Source: Pocillopora damicornis
Taxonomy: Eukaryota
Direction of reading: 5' to 3'
DNA: 64,000 nucleotides
Assembly: GCF_003704095.1 (NCBI RefSeq)
Contig: NW_020847264.1
Coordinates: forward strand, 1 to 64,000
Made by a program: the position numbers and the translations under genes. Shown piece by piece: positions 50,101 to 63,384 of the stretch. The first letter of the stretch is position 1. Every line of letters begins with the position of its first letter. The notes beneath the pieces are model-generated. The model was not told the origin of the DNA. It did not search any database and was given only the letters and a program-made list of their open reading frames with translations.

Positions 50101-53100
50101 ACAAAAAAAACTGTGAACACTTTGACATGATTCTAACAGGTCGAGTGTGTGCTGATTAATAAAAGTTAAGTTCAAGATGTGTGCAAACCTCAAAACCAGG
50201 GACTAATCACCACTTGTTTTCTGTTCAGTTTTTAGCAGCTGATCTGCCTTTTCATTGAATTACAACACTCCATCAGTGTTTCTGGTGTCTGTTGTTTTTA
50301 TTAGTTTTGTAGCATAAAAACTCTCCATGAAGAGAATGAGTTTGATGATTGAAAAGATTTGACTTGCTTTCTGAACCTTGCTTTGACAGTATTTCTTGCG
50401 TGTTCCTTATTTGTTGGTATTTGTAGATGAAACTGTCATTGAGACTGTTGATGTAAATGGAACAAGAGAACTGGAATCAGTACCAGAAAGTTTGGATGGT
50501 GGTGAGTTGTACAGTTCATACATGTCTTCACATTTATAGCAATTGTTGGCCCAGGAACTTGTTCTCAATAGTCTGATTGAAATTTTAAACTGCAAGCTAA
50601 ATGGAATAGACAAATATGTTGTGGAAAGAGTGTTCTTTAACCCTGAAACTCTATTAGTGACCGAGAGAAAGTTTCTCCTTACATTATCAATACAATACCA
50701 AGCAGACAGGTGAGGAGAACAACAAAAAAAAATCAATTAGGCGATTATTAGCTGATTGATTACCAAATTCTTGGAACTAACATCATAAGAACTGTTTGAG
50801 ACACTGTAAGGAACTTATCAATAAGATCTTGGAAGTGAAATGGTCAAGGTTCTAGCTCTTTTAATCATAAACCTCTGCAGCGTACTTAACTCTCCATTTT
50901 CTGCCCTTGCGACAATTCTTGATGGAGGCAGCAGTTGTTTTTCAGATCCCTTTCCTTCTCAGGTTGTTACATAAACCCTCTGCAGAACATACTCAATTAC
51001 TTTACACGATTAGACTTTAACCTATTTTCTCTTTGTATCACATTTGGCCCAGCAAAATAATGTATTTTAAAACTGTTAAGATTTTTTTTTGGTTCTATTT
51101 CTTTACAGAAGATGCAATAGAACTGGGAGACATGGAGGACGGTGATCATTCAAACACAGATGACGTTAAAATCCTACAAGGTTAGTTATGATGTAGAGTC
51201 CTCGAGATACTAAATGTAGAGTATAGTTTCACCATTCTTTTGTCTGTGAAACCTTGAAACATATACACGTCATTTTTTTCCCTCACAGTTCAAGTTGAAA
51301 ATCTCCAAAGTGAAGTTAGTGAAAAAGACAGGGTTTATAACTGGGTACTGGCGAATTTTCGGGGACTCAGATGAAATGCTATGGGGGGCGGGGGGGGGGG
51401 GGGGGGGGGGGGGGGGGTTGGTAACCAAGGGGTGAAATGGCATTCCATCCAGTGGGGATTAGTAACACTCCTCGTTGTTTCATGCTGGGAAAAGCCCCGG
51501 CTGGATGGGCCACTTGGCTTTTTGCGAGTATAGACATTTTTATAGTGGTAGGTCTGGATTTCTTTGTGGTAAACAAGTGGAAATATTGTGCCCATTCCTT
51601 GTCAACAGAGCAAATAGAAGAAACAAAGTCGTTACACAAAGAAAGCCATAGTGAGGTGGCGTTCTTGAGAGGTATGCAACCAAATTAAAACTGATTGTTT
51701 TAACCGTAAAAAAAACTGAATAAAGATGATAACATTGTTGAAATATTTCAGTTTAACGGAGAGAAAAACAAGTCACTCGTGTTATCGTAGGCTCATTCTT
51801 GTGATTGGCGTTGATCTTAAATGGCTTGCTGTGGCTTAGCCCTTGACTCTCGAGATCTGATAATTAATTTTCCCTTATGGTTGTCACACATTTCTCTATA
51901 TGTTGGAAGAGAGAATTTTAAGTTGTATCACTCAAGAAAAAATCATGAGCCGTCTGCTTGGAAATGTAAGAAAATCGTAAGAAATTTTTGAAAGAAGTTA
52001 AGTACTCTTGGCTAGTTATTGGTAAATGGTTCATGTGTTGCCTCGTAGTTATTTTTTATTAAATCCTTTTTATTCCCTTTTTTCGTAGGCGAGTTAGAAA
52101 AGTCACAACTAACTGCGAAGGAAGACAGTGAAAAAATTCGCTCACTTGAAGGTACGGTGTGGCTAAAATCGTTTTTACCGTCTGTGATTTCTACGTGTAC
52201 GTGTACAGTCATGGCCTCTTATCTAACTGAAGTGTCTCTCTAGTCACTGGCTATATCAAATGTGTAAACCAACTGGAAACAACGACCGGCCCTGTTCGAT
52301 TTGGAGTTAGAGTGGACGGTGGGGGTAGGGGGTGGGGGAAGGGCGAAGAGAAGTAACCTTCACTTCCCCATCCCTACCCCTCTCCTTATTTTGACCGACA
52401 ACCGCCCTCTTGGTACAAATTTCTTTCTCTCCCCAGCCTAGACAATCAATATATCGTGTTTCTTTCTTCTATTACAGAGCAAGTGGTGGAGCACCATCTT
52501 CAGGACATTGATAATCTGTCCATTCCAAGTGACATCGGGGGTGATGAAGGAGACCATTTTGATGCCTCTCAGCCTGTCGCTAGTAAGTGGTATTTATTTT
52601 TCCATTTTCCTATCCCCTTTTACAATGTTGTCACAGAGGATTTCGTGAATTTCATCCAAACGGAAATTTCTGCCATCTCGAAGCACAAAAATTGTGTCAG
52701 CTAAACAGCGCTCCCTTAAAGTATTCGGTGTACGCAGTAATTCAATTCTTTTTTCTGTGAACAGATCATGATGACCATGACATAGATAAGATAGATAACA
52801 GAAACTTGTCCGATGAGATGGATCTTGTCAAAAGACTTTATGGTAAGAAAAGAAGCTTATGCTATTCTCTGTATTGGTTTCAAATAGCTTGACTTGCATG
52901 TATTGTACCTTCATGTTGATACGGTTAAGGCACTTTGTCCACCAGTTTTTTCACTTGGTCCTTGCTGAGGTCTCGTATCAGCTAAAAACTACATGGAAAA
53001 ACGATGAATCAAATCAAGAACACACACAATGTATAACCTACAGCTCATAGCTTTGAGAAACAAGTCGCAACTCGTAGGTTTTTGTTGCAGATTATTTGAG

Positions 53101-56100
53101 AGTTCCTTGCGCGTGTTCTAAAAGGAAGTACAGAGCATGTTCAAGGAAAACCTGATTAGCTGCGCCTTGCACCAAGAGACTGCGAGCTGGCCTTTAATAT
53201 GAGTGCTACAGGACGCGCTTTTCTCCGCCCGTGAGAAGATTTGAGAAGAGTCGGGGAGAGGCTCGCTGGGGCTCTGGCACTAATTACCAGTGCTAGACCT
53301 CTTGCGCTGGCAGGCAACACTTATTATTTCTGCATTGTTATTTGCAAATTCGTAATTAGTTTCCTTATTTTGTCAGATCGCATCTGTGAGGTGAAAACCA
53401 TGGCTGAAGAGAGGCACTTGATGATGATTAGGTGGTCTGGTGAGTAGTGGACATTCATTGAGACGGTGCAAAAAATATTCTCAGTCTCACGTCGCATGTT
53501 CGTCCAAGGATTGTTTGCAACTTTTATTGTTTAGCATTGCCCGTGACTGTTAAAGGCTAAAAAAAACCAGTCAAGCACTACACAGTCCTGACCTTTGCGT
53601 CAGTTTCAGTTGAGTGTTGAAAGTAATCTCGGATTGCATCGGTTTTGCTTTACTTCGCTCTGTGATTGGTTTAGAAAACTCGCGCCGCTCTCTCGATCAA
53701 TCAGATACAAAACTAAAGCCAATTACGACTTGTCGCCCGCGTTTTCCCGCGCTTCAGGCAGTTTGCTTGTTTTTTAGTCCTGATTGGCTCTTTAGGATAT
53801 TTTTCTTTCTTCTGATTGGCCATTGTGATTACTATGATTTTGGGCACTCAGTGGAGGAAAGCGCTCTAATGTACACAAAACTACAATGTCAATAGTATTG
53901 CTGTATGTGGCTACGTTTTTCCGTGTAAATGCGCTCTAAAAATTACAAATTCTTATAAAAAGTCTCATTTTCTTGTTTTAATTTGTTTCTCAGCTGATAA
54001 TGATGACGATGATGAAGATGAAATAGTTGCTAATGATGTCACTGCTGAAAAGTCGCATCGAGAGGAAACCTCTGGTCGTAAGTGATGGATTTATTGTTAT
54101 CGACCTTATAAACGATTTAGAGCGCGTTTCTTTCGTCGTAATGTGAGATGCAAGACAGGCTTTATGTGATTTGGTATGTGACGTACGATAGCGTAATGTG
54201 AAACATCTTAGTTGGTTCGGTTACGAGATGCTGATGGCATAACTGACCCAGTTTTCAGAACTCTTTTTAATCATGAAATCTGAGCGGTCTGTAAGGTCGA
54301 CTGTGGAAGCCTCTTAAGAAAATTTAATACACTTTCTATGCCTTTTATCTGTGCCTTATCTTTTGTTGTAAGTTGTTACTTACATTAACATGATTCTTTC
54401 TGCAGATCAACCACGGAACGCAAGGCAATTGTTGCAAGACAGTTTACACAATGTACAAGACATAAAAGGTAAACAATATTGCATTGTTAGCATGTTTCTT
54501 CACAGATATTATGTCGCTGGTAATATATAGTTTCGTGCACTCCTATTGGTCTGGGATTACAACATACATTGCTATTAATACAAATGATTTACGTTTTAAT
54601 ATTATTTTTATTACAAATATTTGACCATTTCCTGTCGTGCGTTAGTAAGCATTAATGTGAGCAACACTATTTGGGTTTAAAATCGTTGTATTTTCGTCGT
54701 TTTTTGTAAGAAGCAGTACAAAATTTGGTCCCGTTGAGGGGAAACTTTTCACAATTCGAATACGTAGTGTTTTAGTTGAAAAAAGTAAGTTATAAAATTA
54801 ATAGAATTGGCTTTTATACTTCCGGTACCAAAGAGTTAAAGCCACAACGGAGTTTGACAAATTTTCGCGTGCCCATTAGTCCATCTTAAAATTTCTCGAT
54901 TGACTTGAAGTTTGTTGTAATTTTCAGGAGAATTCATTGAAATTGGAAGAATCATCGATAATGAACATGAAGAGTCGCAGCATGTGCAAGGTTTGTAAAC
55001 TCTTACAGTTTATTACATCAGAAGGAAATAATCGTCAACCGTGACAATCAGGTCCAATATTTCGTATCTATGACGTTTTTAACTCTTTTAGTTTCATGTG
55101 TTGCTTTTTAAAAGCGGCAATTCCTTTTCGGATTTGCTGTTGCAAACATGTGGACCGAATTATTACTGAGTAAGAGATGCAAAATTCAGCTGCATTTTGT
55201 CTAGAAAGTTTTCTGTTACAATTGGCGTACATTACCACTTCTCATGGAAACATTTTTCGCTATATTCAGAGGTGGTAGATAAAGGATGCCTTCGTATTGC
55301 CGTCGGCAGCAGTAGGAATGACATGCTAATCGAAATGCGGTTTAAGTTATGAGCTTTTTATTTCGTGCGTCAAATAGTCACTGTATCTCTTCCATTTGGC
55401 AATTTGCCTCCCGTTGTGTGTAAAAAGGCACCTGACAATTTTTATTCTACACATGAGCTAATTAATAATGGTTGTTAAAAAACTCTCGAAGGAGAATTCG
55501 CTCTTGAGATAGTCGCTCAGATATATTTGTTTTGTTTGCAGGGCAACTGAATGATACCCAACAAGAACTGAAGGAAAATAACGAACTTGTGGTCGAGTTG
55601 CAAGGTGGTTTTCTATTCTTACCAGACTCTTTCTTGTTCTTAGTGTTTCTAACAATACCTCGGCAGAGATTTTGTTAAAAGGAGGTGTGGATGGTCACGT
55701 ATATTCGTGAATTTGTAAAAGTTGCTTTCTATTTGAACAGAGATTACTAGTATTTGCGTCATGTTCGGTCACTGACCTAACTTCCGAGGTCGAGACTTAC
55801 AGAATAAAGATAGTTAGCACAAGGAGGAGAGGAGACCTTTAGGTAGGAACAAACAACTGCAGGAAGCGCGGGAAAACGCGGGTGACCGGGGAGTTTTAGA
55901 TTTACTTGTGATTGGTTGCGAAAGTGGTGCGTGTTTTCTGAACCAATCACATCGATTTTCCTAATGTATCAACGTGTTCTTAACACTGCTTACACTCACA
56001 ACAGTAACTAATTCATATTTACCACCTCATATTTATTTTGCTGAATGTTTCATAGTTGATTTTATTTATTTAATGAATCTTTTGTTTTAACTTTTTTTTC

Positions 56101-58885
56101 CTATTTTATTTTGTCCGTTTTTATTTTTATTCGGCGTTTTCATCTTATTTCAGAGGAGCTGAAAAATGCGCAGGCTTATACAAAAGACTTCAAACAGCAA
56201 ATTTTAGACCTGAGAGGTACTTTGCCGTCTCACCGTTACGTTGCTTTGCTTTCTTTCACTCGTTTGACTTCTAGTATTCACATCATTGAAGTTCTCTCAT
56301 TTATCGTGCTCTCTTTACCTTTCCCTTCCCGTCATTTTGTTTAATGTGCGCTTTGATTGTTATTGGTCTCGAAGTTATTGTGTATTAAAAACAAGATATA
56401 TTTATTTTAGAGTAGAATATGGCGCCCTCTCAGTATAGCGGTTTTTCGGGTGCTCGATCAAAATCAAAACTCCCCCAAACCACATGCAGCTGCAAAGGCC
56501 AAGTGAAATACCATCCTTGTCTTAAACGAAACAAGGAAAGTAAAATCTACGATGTATTTTGATTTTTTTCCCCTAAAAAATTAAAGTTTGTTTGCTTTTG
56601 ATTTTACAGACAAATTACTTGAAGAACAAGAATGTACTCGGAAAAAAGAAGAATTTGTTGCGCAACTAAAACGTAAGTTAATTGACCTGTAACTACCAAG
56701 ATTCAATTTGTAATTCTCCCTTCTGGCTGCGTTGTGTCCTCTTGTTAATGAGTTAAGAGAAGGTACTTGTTAATCAAAACTAGGGATTTAACAGAATTCT
56801 GTATATTAATTTTATCCCTCGTTGAATCGATCTTAATGTACAGGAGAACTAAATGAACTGTTACGAGAAAAAGATCTCCTTGCGTTGGAGAAAAAATGCG
56901 AACATCACGCTACTGAAACCGCCATCAACAATGCGCGGGAGATGCAGAAACAGGCAGCAAAGAGTGCGAAGGATGCTAGCAAGAACAAAGGTCAGTAATT
57001 TCTATTGTCTTGAAGAAATGGGACGTCATTAATGGTCTAGGAAGACTAAAATGGTTTCTTTAAATCTGGATTTATTTCAGTGGGGTGTTTAGATATCAGG
57101 TTTTTCTTTGCTCCACACAAGGAGTTGTTGTGCCAAGTGATTGAAAATTTTTATGTGGTCGAAAATGTAACAAAATGAAAGAATATTACAGTTTGATTTC
57201 AATCAACCTTTTTTATTGTGGTTGCTGTTACAGTGGAGCTGAGTGCAGTCACAGACGATAATCGCATCCTGAAACAAAGAATACAGATCTTGGAGAGTGA
57301 GCTGAAAAAGTGAGTCGCAACTTTTGAGTTTCTCCATCAGGATACCCAAACTCAATGACGAAGTCGCTCCCTTTTCCTCGATTTCAATCTTTTTTTTAGT
57401 CGACCTCATCCCATAGGATTGTTAGGTCTCTTTCACTGTCGTTTTTTACGACTGCGGAAAAGATCCTTTAATCTAGCGGATTAATTCTTCGGAATAGAAA
57501 CTATCAATAGCTAATTCACTCATCTGATCGTTTTTTTCTTTCCATGAACTTAGATACCGCAGGGAAAACAACCGCTTGACCTCTGATCAATCTCGTCTTC
57601 AAGCAACGTACCGTGAGATCGAAAACCAGAGCAAATTTTTGAGCGAAAAAATTATGCGTCAACAGGTTTGTGAAGCCCTTGACAATTTTATCGAAGGGTG
57701 CTTGTGCTTCCTAATGCGTTTAGGTGGCCTTGTTTTTGGTTAGCGGTATAAGCAGTGTGCTGTTTGTCATTTCAGACTACGCTGCAAGGCAAGATTGAAA
57801 GGGAAATAACGGAGAAAAAACTCACTGAAGATCAGGTATTTAAATTTGTTATTGACTAAATGGTGCTTTTCAAGATCGGGAATTACGCTTTTATCGCGTT
57901 ATAATCAATCTCGTTGGATTAATTTCTCTTCGATGACTTTCTAACAATCTTATGAACCAAATCTAATCCAAACTTTGAAATTTTGCGCGAAGAAATTGGC
58001 GTGTAACCGGCCAAATTTATCCCTTTGCGCATGACCGAAGTTAGACTGCTGTTATGGAAGACTTCGAGTCAAACAGGTATTCAGCGAAGGAAAGCGTAAA
58101 ACTGGCGTGTAGCGCGTAAAAAATATGTCACGTGTGTGTTCAATCATATTCATATTCCTCTGATGTGGTTTAGGCCAGTGCCCTCGAGGAGCGACTTCTT
58201 GAAACGGAAGTGAAGCTTCAGAAAACGCAAGAGGACGCTCAGAGGGATATCCAAAAGTTAAATGACGCGAATTCACATCTGGTGAGTTTTGCTCTACCTG
58301 TAGCCCCTTCACAAAAGTACAACTAGAGCTAATCTAATTGTTTAGTTTCATTTGCGTTTTACTTCTTGGGAGTCTGCCAGTGCGGCGTAACTTTAATTTC
58401 AGCCCCTTTGTCAGTACAAGGTCAATTTAAGCCAAATTTCCCCTCGGAAGCTTACCTTTATGACGAAGTTTCCAAACTTTATATGCACATCGGGTATGCT
58501 AGGTTTGAAACTCAGAAATTAGGCTGCCGACCAAATGAGGCGGCTCAAAGATGGCGTGCGATATTGAAGGATTATAAGTGCTTTAGCTCAGGAGTGTTAT
58601 TGTACTTTGCCGAGCGATCGCCGGCTCAAACCAGCCAGTGGTCGCCCCTTTTTCATCTGGCGCCTAGCGACAACCCTGGGTAGGTAAACTCATGGGAGTA
58701 GCGTAAGGTTTGATCGCATTCAGTTCCGGAATCACATTCTTATAAAGTGTCTTCTGGATTTTTTTTGTTTTCAGTGGACGTACATCAAGGCTGGTTTGGT
58801 GGCATTTATCGCGTTCATTTTGGCATACGCTCTTGGTCTCATTGAACTACATCCAGGTGGAACAACTCGTGTTCTCTGGAGTTAA
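41144..58885 (+). CDS. SLMAP: Sarcolemmal membrane-associated protein (FHA domain, coiled coil, C-terminal tail anchor); more than 25 exons
   Basis: Exon 1 [19 protein letters not shown]...[21 protein letters not shown]; exon at 43511 [25 protein letters not shown]; HGCIVA; [17 protein letters not shown]; [15 protein letters not shown]. Last exon 58775-58885 [23 protein letters not shown] (TM). Some internal exon boundaries are uncertain. Confidence 0.92.
53605..53870 (+). repeat. Dispersed ~250-bp CCAAT-rich repeat family
   Basis: CTCTGTGATTGG..CAATCAGAT.CAAAACTAAA.CCAAT..CGCGTTTTCCCGCGCT; copies near 6320-6500, 7780-8045, 24400-24615, 31590-31840 and 55860-55950 (-). Confidence 0.7.
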
Positions 58886-60200
58886 CGAATGTTTCCTCTA
58901 GTTAGCTTATACTTTGTATTATTACAACCAAGACGTTTCATTCTTTTGAAAAAGGAAATTTTGGCGTTCTTTCGGACGTATCTAGTGCGTTACTTTATAT
59001 ACAGGTTTTGCGTGACAGGGAATCGTGCTGTGACAAGGAAGGGGCGTAGCGTGACGCGCCTGATTTTGTTGGGGGGGATTGCATAATCTTTCTTAAAAGA
59101 AAGAAAATTGGATTATTTGGATTATTTGTTTGAAAAAAAAAATGCCTCCCATAATTATTACTTATTAATGTCCAAATTGGGCAATCCGTTCGTCGCTCCA
59201 TTTTATTTGATATTGTTCTTGTACGAGTTGGAAACGTTTTATACTGCATGAAACAAAGTTTTGTTTTCCAATCAGGGTGTGCTGCCCTTTCTCTGTCTTT
59301 GTCCATCAATGATTATTTTTCTGTTTTCTCGCGGCAATGTTTACTTTCAGAAAATTCTATGTACCCTTAGTCAAGAAAATCATTGAAACTATTTCCATCG
59401 AGATAAAAGTCGGTCTAGAGGAGTTTAAATCGAAATGTGTACTTTTGAGTGGGGACCGAAGAGGGGGGGGGGACCTTTTGCAAAAGAACTAATCAGCTCA
59501 CTTCGTCAAACCCAGATGCCTTTAAAATCGTTCTTCTTGTTAACACCCGTCGAATGGTATTTTGTCTCGCCTAGGTAACCTTGTGTTTTACAGGTCAATA
59601 AACAAATTTTATATTAATTTGGCTTTCCTTGGCAAGTTTTATCAAATTCGCTACTTGGCAGATGACGGGAAAGTAACCTAATGGTATTAGTATTGCTCTA
59701 TATCAATTCCTCACCAACCAGGTTTGGAAACATTCATTTTAAACGTTTATATTTTATTTCATCATTTCTTTGTTTTTTCTCACTTAAATACCCTCATTTA
59801 GTCAAAATAGATGATGGGTTTTCCGTTTCAAACGTATTCTAGATAGTTTGTCATTTGAACTCTTTCGACATCTTCATTAGTGTCGCCGTTTTGCAGCCAT
59901 CTTTCTAGCAGTCTCGTTATCCCAAACGTTGCATATACGGTTATCGATTTCTACGTATCACTAGGATGATCGATTTCGAAATAAAACTGCAGGTTCGGAC
60001 AAATATTAGACGGACTTTGTCTTTTTCCTTGTGCTCTTTTGGTTGGTTTGTTTTGGATCTTAAGGTCCACGCACCGCCAGGATAGTTGCTAATCAATCGC
60101 GCAAGGGATCAAGCGGGGAAGGGGGGAATACTCATAGTCTACCTAACAACGAGAACAACCAGAAGCTAACGAGCACTCTTCCGGAGATGAGAGTGTTAGA

Positions 60201-63200
60201 TCATACAAAGGACTCTGGTAAACTCCAACTTGGCCGACCAGAGTAACGCGAAGGGTAGCTTCGGTTTGGTGTACCAAATGCTGGTGTGAAACTTGTGTAT
60301 AAATCTCTTTGTGGCAATCGATCAAACCCTGCCTCTTGAAATCCGTTGTGATTGCATGTACACACAGGCGAAGTGTCTACAGTCACAAAGCTGTAACTAT
60401 AGGGGTGGTCGGTTGAATACGACAGGGGCTTATCTTCTAGTAAAATCCCTTCATCAAGGTAGTCGAATTGATAATGCTGCCTCGCGCATGGCATTTTCTT
60501 CTTTCTCCTCCGGCGCGTGCGTGGTGTTGCGTTGGCGCTGACCGCAGTCGACTCCACGCTTCCAATTGTTGAAGTATCCAAGTCTAAACCACCATTTTGC
60601 TTGCTCAGCGGCAGAGTCCCTCCATTTCTTACCCCACCCCTGTTAGGATACTTGTTAGCTTTTACGTTCTCTTGGATGATCTGCTCATCAACGACACTGT
60701 ATACAGTGGAGAGAGGAAACAACATTACTACTTAATAATTGGGACGACTTGACTCCTGGTCATAGTACCCTTCTTCCCTTAAGTCAAGTGCCCCCCCCCC
60801 CCTTTTGAGGGGCCCCAGTACATTCGTATCTCGAGTGGAGAAGTATTCTCCCAAACCGTTATACTCGTGGGTGGAAATAGGCTCTGGGAAGCGACCAGGG
60901 CTAGAACCCAGACCTCTCGGTTCGGATTCCAGCGCGCGAACTGTACTTGTACCATGTCTGCAAACTCCTTGATACTCTCAACAAAATCGGCATTTCATGA
61001 ACACTTCGACGACATGAGAAAAAATTTAACGATTTAAGCACGAACGTAAATAAACTAGAGAGTAAAAGGAGCGTTACCTTCGGAGATGATTGTCATAGAC
61101 GAGGAAGACAATAGCCAAAAGCCATAGCAGCAAAAACAGAAGTGGAAATAGAATCAGGCATACTGCTTCTGCGCTTGAGATCTGAATGAGATCACACAGT
61201 TGGTTACGTGATTAGAACAATAAAATCAATATCTTCAAGTAAATAACGATTTCCAGCAATGGCCCCTCTTCGAGACTCCCACAAAGGTCTGGCGCTCGAA
61301 ACGAAATTATTTTTAAGTAATTCCCACAGCAATTGATTAAACTTTTTCAGAAAGTGAAGAGGTTTTACAGATTATTGCTGTGTTTACTAACTCTGAATCG
61401 GATGGTGCCCCTGTAAGGCACAATTACTCCTACAAGGGAGGGGATTGGGGAGAGGGTGGCTGTGAAACCCTACCTTGAGTATGCGCGCTACGTCCTCCGT
61501 ATTTTCAGGATCATAGTAGCACGAAAATGTATTGTTAACCTGAAAAAAAGAAACAATTTTAGTGTTACCTTTCAAGGACTGGTCAAGATTTCAATAAAGA
61601 GCAAAAAAATTGGAAAAAGAGGCAAAGGTTAAGGGTGAACAGTTAGCTTCTCTGCTCGAGGCTAAAATTGTTCCGGTACCTATAAGTTGCCTGTACTAAG
61701 TTATCTTCACTAGACATTAATTTATATTCGAAATATCTTTTGGAAAGCTTTCTTCGACTATTGTCAACTTTTTTTCACATGAAAATTGGAGGGTTGTCCA
61801 ATACACCCAAACTGAAATTTGATGCCATCATCATTGGTGATGGTCGTTTTATGATCAGGTAGAGATTAGCGCGAGCATTTCTTCTTTACTGAATCGATCG
61901 AATCAAGTTAATGCCAGTTCAAACAATATCAAACCCCTTAATTATATCTCACCGTTCCGTACAGCTCCATGTATGTTGGCACACAGTCCTCCATGGTTAA
62001 ATCAGAGTTCCAAGCACATGAGCTGTACCTTCCGAACAGGTCACTGTTACCAAACGTAAAAGAACACTGTAAAGGAAAAGAACGGAGCATCAAGTTCAAT
62101 TATTATCCAAGGAAGGGGACAAAAGTGTCAAAATATCCAAGATTGCTGCTCTGGTTTTCAGGCGATCGTTATTGGTGCCTCGGCACGAGTGATTCTTCGA
62201 AATTATGAGACCATGAGCAACGGACTGATATTTAGTACTGGACCCCTGCAGGCCCTGCAGCGCTAATAATGAGGGCTCTAGTTTTGCCTCACTACGCTAT
62301 ATCATTGGTTAAACAAAAATTGTAACACTTTCTCGACCAATCAGATGACATCTTCTGCTTCTGGTCCTTTACTAGCTGTACTACGGTAAGATGGAACTAT
62401 TTACTGAGAGCGCCTCAATGGCTCCATGTAAAATCTACCCCCTCCCTCCCCCCTTAGCTTGACATGGAATAAGCAGTCAACAGGCTTGACTTTGTGAAAT
62501 AGGAAGGAAAAAACCACGAAGGGATCTGGGAGAGGTCTGGAGAGGAATAACGTCCAGAGAACTCCTTACCAGGCGACACTCTCTTCGCTTACTGCGTTGT
62601 TTCGTGGGCGCATTTTTGTCCCCTATGCCCAGAATGGAAGCTTTCAACAGGTAGATTTCAGACCATTTCTCTTATCAATTATGGAAATCTGAAAACTCTA
62701 CACCTTCAATTAGGGTATCAAGGGAATTTTTGCACTCAAATTTCTTTACGAAAACGCAAGTTCTACAACCTTTTCGCAGTAAACTAAAGCTTGCTCGTTT
62801 TCCATGAGAACCGCTTCAAACTTTGCTGTTTGGCCAACATCGTACATCACCTGAAAAGATTCGCAGCACATCATAAGTAATCTGAATTATTTTAAGAAGC
62901 ATTTCTCTCAGGAGCCTAACAAAGAAGCTCAAGAAAAGCCCAACAAATTCCGTGAAAATTAATTTTTTTCGATGGAATTTTTATCACCTTGCCTCGATTT
63001 CAAGTGATGGATCTAGTTCGCCTTCGCCGTTGATCAAAGACAACGGGCAGCGCCTACACCTTTAACTAGAGTATCAGGGGAATTTTTAAAGAGTAATAAA
63101 AAATAGCACTCGTTCACGAGCTTGTCACGCAAATTGCGTAACGCTAAATTTTTACATCAATTTTCTCAAATTCCCCTCTTCTGTGTTCCGCTGGTAAGAG

Positions 63201-63384
63201 TAATGCAGCCCCTTGAATGGTTTTCAATAAAAACATTCATAAACACTATCCTATCTTGCGACATACCAAATACTTACGAAAATTTTGACGCAGGGGCCGA
63301 ATTTCTCTGTTCGGTGACTGCAGGAACCCTCTTGAAAAAACTCTACATGAGTTACCACGCAATCGGTAGAAACTAATCCTCTGC
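60201..63384 (-). CDS. BK channel beta-subunit (KCNMB)/TipE-like auxiliary subunit with long cytoplasmic tail (5' end outside window)
   Basis: Exons 63384-63278, 62850-62770, 62066-61953, 61539-61474, 61181-61078 and 60696-60201 join in frame: STDCVVTHVE..SCSH..GPCVKIFVMY..AVLMENEQALVYCEKCSF..NNTFSCYYDPEN..VCLILFPLLFLLLWLLAIVFLV. Cys spacing and FSCYYDP plus TM2 resemble the CaKB family. Confidence 0.7.
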
